Shown here piece after piece: positions 10,671-20,166 of a stretch of 54,912 bases of DNA; the first letter of the stretch is position 1, and each line of letters begins with the position of its first letter. The stretch covers positions 1 to 54,912 of the forward strand of contig CAZTJJ010000006.1 in NCBI GenBank assembly GCA_964614065.1, in the 5' to 3' direction. Origin of the DNA: an uncultured Thermotogae bacterium. Its GTDB lineage: Bacteria; Bipolaricaulota; Bipolaricaulia; M55B111. Position numbers and translations under genes: made by a program. The notes under the pieces are model-generated. The model had not been told where the DNA came from, did no database searches, and saw only the letters and a program-made list of their open reading frames with translations.

Positions 10671-11146
10671 TTGCCTTCCTCAGAAAGGGTCTTTTCCAAG
10701 TTAATCATCTCTATTAAAGACTCGGCCGCCTCATTTCCTTTATTACCCTGTTTCGCCCCAGACCTATCCATGGCTTGCTCCAGAGTATCGGCAGTAATTA
10801 GGCCAAAAGTGATCGGAGTTTCACTATCAAGGTTAAGATTGGCCAAACCCTTGGATGCCTGATTAGCGATATACTCAAAATGAGGGGTCTCACCTCTGAT
10901 GACTGCACCTAATGCAATTATTCCATCTACCTCCCCCAAACTCGCCATTTTCTTAACGCCTCGGGGAATCTCAAAAGCTCCAGGTACATATACAACGATA
11001 ACCTGGTCTGGGTTAACTCCCAACCTGGTCAACTTATCTTTCGCTCCAGACAGCAACTTATCAGTCACCAAACTGTTAAACCTCGCTAAGACTATTCCTA
11101 TCTTTAAGCCCGAACCGTCCAGCTCTCCTTCCAGTTGGTTATACAC
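10667..11146 (-). CDS. ribH: 6,7-dimethyl-8-ribityllumazine synthase
   Basis: 159 aa; the KIGIVLARFN..VPGAFEIP signature of lumazine synthase. Confidence 0.9.
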   Translation of the reverse strand: MYNQLEGELDGSGLKIGIVLARFNSLVTDKLLSGAKDKLTRLGVNPDQVIVVYVPGAFEIPRGVKKMASLGEVDGIIALGAVIRGETPHFEYIANQASKGLANLNLDSETPITFGLITADTLEQAMDRSGAKQGNKGNEAAESLIEMINLEKTLSEEGK

Positions 11147-11164
11147 TATTACCTCCTCATCCCG

Positions 11165-12385
11165 TTAGTTCTCGTGACCATTGTCAAACTGAGCCATCTT
11201 ATGACCCATTTTTTCAACTTTGGTTTGAAGATATTTCTTATTGTGCTCGTTTGACTCTATCTCAATTGGAAGAGTTTCAGTAATATGCAGCCCGTAGCCT
11301 TCAAGGCCAACTACCTTACGAGGATTATTGGTAAGCAATCTAATCGAGCTAAGCCCTAAATCAGATAAAATCTGCGCTCCAAACCCGTAGTCACGAAGGT
11401 CTGCTTCGAACCCGAGTTCCTCGTTGGCTTCCACCGTATCCAGACCCTGATCTTGCAACTCGTAAGCACACACTTTATTACTCAGGCCTATACCTCTACC
11501 CTCCTGTCGCATGTAAACCAGCACGCCCTTCCCAGTATCTTCAATCATTCTCATTGCCTGGTGCAACTGATCTCCGCAGTCACATCTTTTCGAGCCAAAT
11601 ACATCTCCAGTAAGACATTCAGAATGTACTCTAACCAAAACATCCTTCTTTCCTTCGACTTGACCCTTGACCAACGCTACATGCTCGTCTTTATTGATCT
11701 CATCCAAGTAACTATAAATCTGGAAACTCCCGTATTTAGTTGGCAAATCAGCCTGACCAGTTTTCCTCACCAATTTTTCGTTTCTTTTCTTGTACTTAAT
11801 TAGATCCTCAATGGTTACGATCTTTAATCCATGTTCATCGGCAATATGCTTTAACTTCGGCAAACGAGCCATTGTACCGTCTTCATCCATTATCTCACAC
11901 AGAACTGCAGCCGGGTATAAATCAGCTAGTCTTGCTAAGTCAACCCCAGCTTCGGTATGGCCAGCTCTATGTAAAACTCCCCCTTGCTCAGCTTCTAAAG
12001 GAAACACGTGGCCCGGTCTAACCAAATCGCCGGGCCCTTTATCTTCATCGACCATCACTGATATGGTCTTCGCACGGTCATAAGCTGAAATACCCGTGGA
12101 GATACCGTCTTTCGCGTCAACTGAAACCGTAAACTGGGTGCCATGATGAGAGGTATTTTCACTGACCATCGACTCTAATTTCAACTTCTTCAACCTATGG
12201 GCTTCCATAGGCATACAGACAAGGCCCCTACCTTCCTTGGCCATGAAGTTAATATCATCCGGCTGCACCTTCTCCGCTGCCATCACAAAATCCCCTTCGT
12301 TTTCACGGTCTTCGTCGTCTACGACAATGACAATTCGCCCTTCTTTTATCTCTTCTATAGCTCCCTCAATGGAATCGAGGCTCAT
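11165..12385 (-). CDS. ribBA: Bifunctional 3,4-dihydroxy-2-butanone 4-phosphate synthase / GTP cyclohydrolase II
   Basis: An N-terminal DHBP synthase domain plus a C-terminal GTP cyclohydrolase II domain with a CxC..C zinc site; 406 aa. Confidence 0.95.
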   Translation of the reverse strand: MSLDSIEGAIEEIKEGRIVIVVDDEDRENEGDFVMAAEKVQPDDINFMAKEGRGLVCMPMEAHRLKKLKLESMVSENTSHHGTQFTVSVDAKDGISTGISAYDRAKTISVMVDEDKGPGDLVRPGHVFPLEAEQGGVLHRAGHTEAGVDLARLADLYPAAVLCEIMDEDGTMARLPKLKHIADEHGLKIVTIEDLIKYKKRNEKLVRKTGQADLPTKYGSFQIYSYLDEINKDEHVALVKGQVEGKKDVLVRVHSECLTGDVFGSKRCDCGDQLHQAMRMIEDTGKGVLVYMRQEGRGIGLSNKVCAYELQDQGLDTVEANEELGFEADLRDYGFGAQILSDLGLSSIRLLTNNPRKVVGLEGYGLHITETLPIEIESNEHNKKYLQTKVEKMGHKMAQFDNGHEN

Positions 12386-12407
12386 GTTTATTCACTCCCA
12401 TAAATTT

Positions 12408-13004
12408 CTAACTTGAATCGACGCTCCTGTTTACATATTTGGCCAGGATGTCAAATTCCAGATTAACTTTTGAACCCCCACGAACAAACTGAAGCGTCGT
12501 ATTATTATAAGTATGGGGGATTACCGACACAGTAAATGACCCCCCCGAGACCTGATAGGGGGTCAAGCTAATCCCATCAACTGCTACCGACCCTTTGTCG
12601 ACCAAAAACTTACCGTATTTCCTAGAAGTTACAAGCCGTACCATGTGATTATCTTTTCTTTTTTGAATCTTCGCGATTTTACCCATAGTATCCACGTGCC
12701 CCTGTACGATATGCCCATCCAACCTACCGCTAAACTCGTCAATTTTTAGAGGAAGTTCAAGGTTTACCTTCTTACCGGGACGAAGCAGACCGATGTTTGT
12801 CCTTTTCTTCGTCTCTTCGGAGATGTCTACAGAGAACCGCTGTTCATCGTAATGCAAACTTACGATGGTAAGACAAACCCCATTAACCGACACACTTCCA
12901 CCAATTTCAACTTGCTCTGAGTAGTCATCTGGGAGAGAGAATAAAAATTTGCCGCCCTTGGAGCTAACAAATTCCCCCACGCTGTCGATAATTCCAGTAA
13001 ACAT
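12408..13004 (-). CDS. ribE: Riboflavin synthase alpha subunit
   Basis: MFTGIIDSVGEF start typical of riboflavin synthase, with an internal duplicated lumazine-binding repeat. Best start is the ATG at 13004; the TTG at 13010 gives the longer ORF. Confidence 0.9.
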   Translation of the reverse strand: MFTGIIDSVGEFVSSKGGKFLFSLPDDYSEQVEIGGSVSVNGVCLTIVSLHYDEQRFSVDISEETKKRTNIGLLRPGKKVNLELPLKIDEFSGRLDGHIVQGHVDTMGKIAKIQKRKDNHMVRLVTSRKYGKFLVDKGSVAVDGISLTPYQVSGGSFTVSVIPHTYNNTTLQFVRGGSKVNLEFDILAKYVNRSVDSS

Positions 13005-13235
13005 ATTCAAAGATGGGGCACACTTCTAAGTATGAAATTATTGCAAATCATGAATTATCTAAAACTCTGAAGTCCAACTCTTCGACTTCCAAATTAGTGT
13101 ACCTGACACCTTTCACACTTGCAACTGATTCAAGATTCATTGATGCCACAGAAACTTTCGGAGTAGCCCATCAATTGAAATGAAGGCCCGTTTTAGTTAA
13201 AATCCATTCGACCTTTACCTGCACCAAGAGGAGGA

Positions 13236-14834
13236 GTGTGTTTGAATTTTTTTTCGATAACATATAAATCAGGCAGACATTTTGTTTTTATTTTGGCTTT
13301 GGCGTTGATAATTAGCATAACTTTGACTTTCACTCTCTTCGCAACAGCATCCAGTCAACACAAGAAACCGATCGATGTAATTTTCAGCGAACAACAAGGA
13401 ACGGTAAGAGTAAAAACAGAGCTGGCTGATTATCTATTTTCCACAACCGGCGGAAATCTTCAAAGTATATTTATTCATTTTTCTTCATTCAGAACAAGTA
13501 CGGCGGAAGTGGTACCAGGTATTACGATAAACCCCAACACTCTCAAAACATCTTACCTTCAAGACACTCATTTTCCAGGAGAGCTAAAGATAAAGGGTGA
13601 ATCGGACAAGGATTTCAAGTACAAACCAATAATTCCAGAAGACACTCACTACGATAAACTATCTGTAACTTTTGCCCACGACCAGGATGGGATTACCATC
13701 AGGAAGAGGTACACATTATTCAACGATTCCAATTATACTTTCGGTCTGGACGTCACAATCAATAACCAAACCGGTCAGGAACTAAATCTATCAGAGAACA
13801 CTATCTTGTATCTGGCTTCCAGAGCGAAAGCTCCTGAAAGCGACAAGATCTCTTACTTGACTGATCCTACGGCAAAATTCATATTTGACGGTGCAGTGAG
13901 TAATGGTAAACTTGCAAGAAACTCCTATAGCAAATTTGACGGAGTGGGTCTTGTTGGGAAAAATCTTGTACTATTTCTGAAAACGGGAACCCCATATCAA
14001 CCCCTCGAAAACACTAAGGACTATGATGTTTCTCCTTATGTAGCCCAGGGAAGCGTAGGGGTCAACCTCTTTCATGCACCCTTAGAAGCAGAAAGTTCCA
14101 AGGATTTTTCCTTTTCAGTCTATGGTGGCCGACGTCGACACGTACTTCTCTCAAACGTGGGGCTAGAGGAAATAGACGACACAGGCTTCTTCAGCAAACT
14201 ATTAGTCCCCGTTATACAGTTCTTAAATCAACTCTATAAGCTCACCGGGAATTACGCGTGGGCGATAATTCTGTTTACTGTATTGATCAGGGTCCTGTTA
14301 TACCCATTAATGCGCAATATGTACCGTTCTATGGCCAAAATGCAGGAACTTCAGCCAAAAATCAAGGAAATCCAAAACAAATACGACGACCGCGAGAAGC
14401 AGCAAAAAAAGATGATGGCGCTTTACAAAGAAGAAAATGTAAACCCAATGGGTGGTTGCCTGCCCATGTTTATTCAATTACCTATACTCATTTTACTTTG
14501 GCGAGCGATTATGTACAGCGCCGAAGCAATTCATCTGTCCCCTGGGTTTCTATGGCTAAACGACTTGAGCCTGGCTGACCCGTATTACATCCTGGTCGTA
14601 TTGACAGTGGCTACAATGATAATTCAACAACAAATGATGCAGACGCCGGGAGGTGGAGGGAGCCAGAACAAGATAATGAGCTATGGTTTTCCCTTATTTA
14701 TGGGGATCTTTCTTCGCGATTTTCCTGCCGGCTTATGGTTATATTACTTTCTTACCCAAATATTTATGATAGGCCAACAATCCTTTATTAACTGGGAAAT
14801 GGAGCGGGCAGAGACGGAAAAGAACGAAGGTTAA
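13236..14834 (+). CDS. yidC: Membrane protein insertase YidC (long form with periplasmic domain)
   Basis: C-terminal 60-kDa insertase core (YPLMRNMYRSMAKMQELQPK...). GTG start at 13236, or TTG at 13242 with better RBS spacing. Confidence 0.9.
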   Translation: MCLNFFSITYKSGRHFVFILALALIISITLTFTLFATASSQHKKPIDVIFSEQQGTVRVKTELADYLFSTTGGNLQSIFIHFSSFRTSTAEVVPGITINPNTLKTSYLQDTHFPGELKIKGESDKDFKYKPIIPEDTHYDKLSVTFAHDQDGITIRKRYTLFNDSNYTFGLDVTINNQTGQELNLSENTILYLASRAKAPESDKISYLTDPTAKFIFDGAVSNGKLARNSYSKFDGVGLVGKNLVLFLKTGTPYQPLENTKDYDVSPYVAQGSVGVNLFHAPLEAESSKDFSFSVYGGRRRHVLLSNVGLEEIDDTGFFSKLLVPVIQFLNQLYKLTGNYAWAIILFTVLIRVLLYPLMRNMYRSMAKMQELQPKIKEIQNKYDDREKQQKKMMALYKEENVNPMGGCLPMFIQLPILILLWRAIMYSAEAIHLSPGFLWLNDLSLADPYYILVVLTVATMIIQQQMMQTPGGGGSQNKIMSYGFPLFMGIFLRDFPAGLWLYYFLTQIFMIGQQSFINWEMERAETEKNEG

Positions 14835-15302
14835 TTGATGAGCAAAAGCAATGGCGAAACCGAAACTGCCGTACTCCGGTATATTGAAAGTTTCTTTAAC
14901 ATACTGGGTGAACATCCAACCTTAAAAATAGAATACAAAACAAAGGACGAAATATATTTATACTTGCAGGGTCAATCGAGCTTTTTATCCGAAGACAAAG
15001 AAACTTTGGCAGACGAACTGGGAACGCTGGCTGAAGTCTTTATTAACCGACGATTTCATACGGACAAAGAAGTACAAATTGATATCAATGGCGTCAAGCT
15101 AAGCAAGCGAAAAAAACTCGAGAAATTTGCTCTCGATGCAGCGCAGAAAGCAAAGCAAAGCAAGAGAAAGATACGGTTAAATCCAATGACTCCCGAGGAA
15201 AGGAAATGGATCCATATATCTCTGGCAAATGTAGAGGGGGTTGAAACTTATAGCGTCAACGAGGGCGCAGAGCGTCGGGTCATCATCAAACCAACCGACT
15301 AA
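14835..15302 (+). CDS. jag: Jag/KhpB-like RNA-binding protein (KH + R3H)
   Basis: Conserved yidC-jag-mnmE synteny; basic linker followed by an R3H-like C-terminus. Confidence 0.8.
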   Translation: MMSKSNGETETAVLRYIESFFNILGEHPTLKIEYKTKDEIYLYLQGQSSFLSEDKETLADELGTLAEVFINRRFHTDKEVQIDINGVKLSKRKKLEKFALDAAQKAKQSKRKIRLNPMTPEERKWIHISLANVEGVETYSVNEGAERRVIIKPTD

Positions 15303-15303
15303 C

Positions 15304-16695
15304 ATGTACAAAGGGGACACTATATCCGCGATTTCCACCCCACTGGGAAAAAGCGGTATCGGTATTGTCAGGGTATCCGGTCCGGATTCAATAATGATCG
15401 CAAACAGGTTATTTTCCTCTCCCCACGAGACAGACTTAAGCAAAGTCAAATCTCACACCATCCATTATGGCTTTATCCGCAACCCGGAAAACGGGAAGAA
15501 AGTAGACGAGGTATTGGTCTCCATCATGAAATCTCCCAAAACCTACACTCGCGAAGATATAGCTGAGATCAACTGTCATGGAGGGATCGTCCCACTAAGA
15601 AAAACACTGGAACTTACTTTTGGTCAGGGAGCTCGCCCTGCCGAACCCGGAGAATTCACTAAACGGGCGTTTTTGAACGGGAGGATTACCCTGGATCAGG
15701 CAAAATCGGTCAAAGACCTTATCGACTCGAAAACACAGTTGTCCCTGGAACTGGCAGTCAAAAAGCTGGAAGGAAAATTCTCCAAATTCTTATCCGAGAT
15801 GAGAGACGAACTTACCTCTATCCTGGCGAAAATTGATGTCGCAATTGACTTCCCTGACTACCAGGAATCCGTGTTAAGCGATGAAGAGTTAAGAAAAAAA
15901 CTATCCAATGCAAAAGGCCGAATCAATCGTTTCCTGGATAAAAGCAAGGACGGCAAGATTTTAAAAGAGGGACACAAAACGGCGATAGTCGGTCGTCCTA
16001 ACGTAGGCAAATCTACCTTATTAAACAAGCTCCTTAAGGAAGAACGCGCAATAGTCAGCACCACTCCAGGTACGACCAGAGATGTTATTGAAGAGGAGAT
16101 AGAGATCAACGGCATTCCCCTTTTAGTAACGGATACAGCAGGAATTCGTCACCCAGAAAACGAAGTCGAGAAACTCGGAGTAAGCAGGGCGAAAGAGCAA
16201 GGCAAAAACGCAGACATTTCACTTTTCCTGATTGACATCACCGAGGAGCTGCAGGCGGAGGACTTGGAAATTGCGGATGAACTCGACCCGAACAAAACAA
16301 TTATCATCTTAAACAAGGCAGACCTTGAAGAAAACTTGTCTAAACAGTCTATTGCTGATACAATGGGAAACAACTGGGTTGACATAATTCCCCTCTCGGC
16401 AAAGAAAGGCTCCGGTCTCGATTCCCTGGAAGAAACGATTACCCAGTCAATCTGGGGTGGCCGGGTGAAAAAAGACGAGAGTATCATCTTGCTTGATGTT
16501 AAGGAGAAAAACTTACTTAAGCAAGCCAAAGAGGATCTAGAGGAGGCACTTACTAGCCTGGACGAAGGAAGGCCTGTTGAACTTGTAGAAGTCCATGTTA
16601 GAAGCGCCAGAGAGAAATTGGGTGAATTGCTTGGGGAAGACTTACCCGAGCAAATACTCGACAAAGTCTTCTCGGACTTTTGTGTAGGAAAATGA
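15304..16695 (+). CDS. mnmE: tRNA modification GTPase MnmE
   Basis: G-domain GRPNVGKSTLLN, DTAG and NKAD motifs, and a C-terminal CxGK motif. The ATG at 15304 follows the jag stop; the ORF track extends it to 15241. Confidence 0.93.
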   Translation: MYKGDTISAISTPLGKSGIGIVRVSGPDSIMIANRLFSSPHETDLSKVKSHTIHYGFIRNPENGKKVDEVLVSIMKSPKTYTREDIAEINCHGGIVPLRKTLELTFGQGARPAEPGEFTKRAFLNGRITLDQAKSVKDLIDSKTQLSLELAVKKLEGKFSKFLSEMRDELTSILAKIDVAIDFPDYQESVLSDEELRKKLSNAKGRINRFLDKSKDGKILKEGHKTAIVGRPNVGKSTLLNKLLKEERAIVSTTPGTTRDVIEEEIEINGIPLLVTDTAGIRHPENEVEKLGVSRAKEQGKNADISLFLIDITEELQAEDLEIADELDPNKTIIILNKADLEENLSKQSIADTMGNNWVDIIPLSAKKGSGLDSLEETITQSIWGGRVKKDESIILLDVKEKNLLKQAKEDLEEALTSLDEGRPVELVEVHVRSAREKLGELLGEDLPEQILDKVFSDFCVGK

Positions 16696-16711
16696 TCAAA
16701 GGGGATTACAG

Positions 16712-17491
16712 ATGAAAAAATCCAAACAAACGAACGAAGAAATTCTCAGTGAGATAAACAAACTACAGGACGAAAATAAGGAAGAAGTAGAAGATGTATC
16801 GAATCTAAAAGAGAAACTGATAGAGAAAAACATACCTTTAGTTAAATCTATCGCCGGAGATTTCTCCCATTCCGGCATTGATTACGAGGATTTAACCCAA
16901 GCCGGCTACATAGGGTTATTAAACGCGGTAGAAAACTTCGACCTGGGAAGAAATACCAAGCTCAGTACCTATGCAACACACCTTATTAAAGGAGAGATTC
17001 GCCACTACATAAGAGACAACCAACCGCAGGTACATATACCACAATGGATCAAGCGGCTAAATAGAAAAGTCGCAAAAGCAGAAGAAAAGATTTACAAAGA
17101 TACTGGGGAATTCCCCACCGTCGGCGAGCTCTCGGAAGAGCTCAATATCGAGGAAGATGGAATCAGGGAAGTGCTAAAAGCAAGAGACTCAATGAACTAC
17201 ATCTCGATAGACCGTGAAAGAAGAGAATCCGACCCCCGGCCTGAGTTTATCGACTACGAAAAAATCAAAAGCAAACATAAAGAAAAGTTGCCTCTCGAGT
17301 TCCGTGTACGAATAGCAGAAGCGATCGATAAGCTGACTGAGGTACAAAAACAGGTAGTAAACGGCATATTCTACCAAGAGCACACTCAAGAAGAAGTTGG
17401 TAAGCAAATTGGCACCTCTCAGCGTCAGGTATCGAGAATCAAACAGAGATTACTGGAAGAACTAAAAGGACATCTGGAGGAAGACGATTAA
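16712..17491 (+). CDS. RNA polymerase sigma factor, sigma-70 family group 3 (SigB/FliA-like)
   Basis: Region 2 (DLTQAGYIGLLNAVENFD) and a region 4 HTH (EEVGKQIGTSQRQVSRIKQRLL); 259 aa. Confidence 0.85.
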   Translation: MKKSKQTNEEILSEINKLQDENKEEVEDVSNLKEKLIEKNIPLVKSIAGDFSHSGIDYEDLTQAGYIGLLNAVENFDLGRNTKLSTYATHLIKGEIRHYIRDNQPQVHIPQWIKRLNRKVAKAEEKIYKDTGEFPTVGELSEELNIEEDGIREVLKARDSMNYISIDRERRESDPRPEFIDYEKIKSKHKEKLPLEFRVRIAEAIDKLTEVQKQVVNGIFYQEHTQEEVGKQIGTSQRQVSRIKQRLLEELKGHLEEDD

Positions 17492-17526
17492 CATCCATTC
17501 GAAAGATTGCAACAGGTCATTTCGAA

Positions 17527-17799
17527 ATGAATGAATTACTTGAAAGCATAGAAAAAATCGAGACAATAAATCAACTAATTGAAGAACTCCAAACAAGCCT
17601 GAAGTTACTCGAACGTGGCAAAGCGGTAGATGCCCTCGAGTCTGTAAAGACTACAGAAACAGAAATTCAGGAGCTAATCTCTGACTTCAATCAACTAAAG
17701 CAAAAAGGGGGGAACTCTGTAAATATCGAGAACAATTTATCGCAGGCACTAGATCAACTTAATTGGGTTGAGGAAAATGCAGACCTTTTAGGTAAATAG
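17527..17799 (+). CDS. Hypothetical coiled-coil protein (90 aa) downstream of the sigma factor
   Basis: ORF only. Start codon is embedded in the 14-bp perfect palindrome TCATTTCGAAATGA. Confidence 0.4.
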   Translation: MNELLESIEKIETINQLIEELQTSLKLLERGKAVDALESVKTTETEIQELISDFNQLKQKGGNSVNIENNLSQALDQLNWVEENADLLGK

Positions 17800-17954
17800 T
17801 GGAAATACCCTCAAAATAACTTTCTCAATTTAACCTACTTTATAGACTGGCTCCAACAGCTCTACTATTATTAAAGCAGAATTTTTTATTGTGTGATCAG
17901 TCTAGTTACAACAAAACCGAGTCGTTGATCCAAAAGTTATTAGGGGGAGGTAAA

Positions 17955-18242
17955 ATGATCGTTGAATTTGACACTTATCCCGTCGGGCAAAAGGAAGGAC
18001 TGGGCAAAGAAGTAGCAAAATCAATAAAGATAATCGAGCAAAGCAATTTAGATTATCAGCTTACAGCAATGGGTACTCTTCTAGAAGGTAGCTGGGACGA
18101 AATCATGGATACTATCAAACAATGCCATATGAAATTAAAAGAAAAGCATAACAGAGTAGAAACACATATAAAGATAGATGACCACACCGGAAAAACGGGG
18201 AGACTCACCGGTAAAGTGGAATCCGTGAAGAAAAACCTATAA
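17955..18242 (+). CDS. MTH1187/YkoF family protein (DUF77)
   Basis: MIVEFDTYPVGQKEG...DYQLTAMGT is typical of the family. RBS GGGGGAGG precedes the ATG at 17955; the ORF track extends it to 17889. Confidence 0.75.
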   Translation: MIVEFDTYPVGQKEGLGKEVAKSIKIIEQSNLDYQLTAMGTLLEGSWDEIMDTIKQCHMKLKEKHNRVETHIKIDDHTGKTGRLTGKVESVKKNL

Positions 18243-18315
18243 AACGGCCGACTTACCAGTGTCTGCCTTTTACTATTATCATTCGGGCCAGAATTGTTTA
18301 GCTAAGGACTGAACC

Positions 18316-18996
18316 ATGGTTAGATACTCAATTACTGATTTACCCCCAGATGACAGGCCAAGAGAAAGGTTGAAACAATACGGCCCGAAGTACCTGAGTA
18401 ACTCTGAACTCCTGGCAATTATCATACGATCAGGAACCACAGGGAAAAACGCCTTAGAGCTTTCTCAGGAGATACTAACTGAGCTGAGCCTGGATAAGTT
18501 ATCAAACTCTACCATTAGCCAGTTAAACGACTATAAAGGTATAGGAGAAGTAAAGGCAAGTCAGATAATGGCGGTATTTGAGCTTGCAAAAAGATTCTCT
18601 CGCAGAGAAATCACACCCGGAGAACAAATATTTAGCTTAAACGAGGCAATAGAGTACCTCAACCCGGAAATGAGGCAACTGGAAAGGGAGGAATTTAGAA
18701 TGTTACATCTAAATAACGCAAATGAGCTCATCAACGAGGAAACTATTTTTAAAGGGTCTCTGGATCAGGTTCAGATAACACCACGAGAAATTATCAAAAG
18801 TTGTCTGAAAAACAACACAGGTGCAGTGATATTATCTCACAACCATCCTGGAGGCTCTCCCGAACCCTCAGATGCTGATTTACGGGTAACAGAAAAAGTA
18901 AAGGCTGGGCTGGAAACCGTAGGTGTATCCGTGGTTGATCATATAATCGTTGGTAAGTACGACCACCTGAGTTTCAACAAAGAAGGCTATCTGTAG
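18316..18996 (+). CDS. radC: RadC-like JAB/MPN domain protein
   Basis: DLPPDDRPRERL N-terminal motif and JAMM motif HNHPGGSPEPSDAD. Confidence 0.85.
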   Translation: MVRYSITDLPPDDRPRERLKQYGPKYLSNSELLAIIIRSGTTGKNALELSQEILTELSLDKLSNSTISQLNDYKGIGEVKASQIMAVFELAKRFSRREITPGEQIFSLNEAIEYLNPEMRQLEREEFRMLHLNNANELINEETIFKGSLDQVQITPREIIKSCLKNNTGAVILSHNHPGGSPEPSDADLRVTEKVKAGLETVGVSVVDHIIVGKYDHLSFNKEGYL

Positions 18997-19179
18997 GTAT
19001 TCTCACGAACTCAATTTCTTTTCGTTCGAAATCAGGGAAATCGATACATATACAACGGGAATTATCCTCCTCGCAAGCCCAAACTTCTTACAAAAGACAC
19101 CATCACCCAATATAATTCTGAATAAAAAATACCCCAAACCTGCATTTAAAGGGTGCATAAACCTCAGTATAATTGATCT

Positions 19180-20073
19180 ATGTTTGAACTGAGAAAGATA
19201 GAAAACAACGCTAAGATTTTTCTGTCTGTCATTCCTCTCGCTACGATCCTTTGTATGCCAATTCCAATCCATGCACAAAAATCACAAACACAGCTTCAAC
19301 AGTTAATTCAAAGCGCGGACAAAGCTGCACATAAAGCTCAATTTCAAACTAGAACAGAAAGCCAACTCAGGAAATCACTGAAGATTTACCAACAAGTTAT
19401 CGAACTTGATCCCACCAATAGACACTCTCTTAACAGGCTATCACTTGGATACTTTACGCTGGCAGAAGCTTACCTGAAAGATGGAGAAGAAAAAATCCAA
19501 GTTTATAACAAGGGTTACCGGTATGGTTTAAAAAGCCTCCGGACAAATCCAGATTTTGATAAGTTCTATAACGAAAAAGGTTTCTCTGCATTAAAAGATA
19601 TACCTAAATCAGTCGTAAATATAGAAGGGTTGTTCTGGACCGCGGCGAACTTGGGGAGAACCGCGGAATCGGACGGGGTATTAGAATCACTTAACAAACT
19701 CCCTGCTTTGGTCAGCCCAAACCGTAAAATCCTTGAACTGGACGAAGAGTACCTGGGGGGCGCGGCACATAGGATGCTAGGTTCCATTTCCGCCGAGGTT
19801 TTGAAAAGGATGCCCTTCACTTTACCACAGAAATTGATACACGGTTTCAGCTGGAAAAAAACAAAAGCACATTTCGACAAGGCAATTGAATCAGCGCCCA
19901 ACTGTTTGGAAAATTACTTTTACTACGCCAAATACTACGCACTAAACAAGGGTAAGACAGATGAAGCCAGAAAATTGTTGAAAAAAGTCCTCGAAGAACC
20001 TTTAGGAAATACGTATCCTCTGGTAAACACTATTGCAAAGAAGAAAGCAGTGGAGTTGCTTAAAGAAATTTGA
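19180..20073 (+). CDS. Hypothetical secreted protein
   Basis: N-terminal signal peptide (…IPIHAQ). Helical, TPR-like composition. No recognised catalytic motifs. Confidence 0.5.
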   Translation: MFELRKIENNAKIFLSVIPLATILCMPIPIHAQKSQTQLQQLIQSADKAAHKAQFQTRTESQLRKSLKIYQQVIELDPTNRHSLNRLSLGYFTLAEAYLKDGEEKIQVYNKGYRYGLKSLRTNPDFDKFYNEKGFSALKDIPKSVVNIEGLFWTAANLGRTAESDGVLESLNKLPALVSPNRKILELDEEYLGGAAHRMLGSISAEVLKRMPFTLPQKLIHGFSWKKTKAHFDKAIESAPNCLENYFYYAKYYALNKGKTDEARKLLKKVLEEPLGNTYPLVNTIAKKKAVELLKEI

Positions 20074-20102
20074 ACCGATTATCTCACGACTTACGCAGAA
20101 GG

Positions 20103-20146
20103 CTTGTTATCTTAATTAACGCTCGTGTACGTTCAATAAGATAACA
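20103..20146 (+). promoter_or_regulatory. 11-bp inverted repeat TTGTTATCTTA / TAAGATAACAA with a 22-nt spacer containing the inner palindrome AACG-N8-CGTT, 20 nt upstream of purP-1
   Basis: Seen directly in the sequence. Confidence 0.35.
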
Positions 20147-20166
20147 AAGAGTATAGAACCGCAAAC

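Noticed and set aside
13011-13235. FMN riboswitch (RFN element) upstream of ribE on the minus strand.
   Set aside because: Only scattered similarity (GCAGG, GTGAAAGG). The conserved ACCGGCGGTA, CCGACAGT and GGATGGGAGA blocks and the P1 pairing are absent, and there is no terminator or sequestrator hairpin. Left as 'not found' rather than called.
17800-17954. TPP riboswitch upstream of the YkoF-family gene, and THF riboswitch upstream of folP.
   Set aside because: No CTGAGA/ACCTGATCTGGATAATGCCAGCG (TPP) or CGCGTTAAG/GGGATG (THF) core motifs are present.
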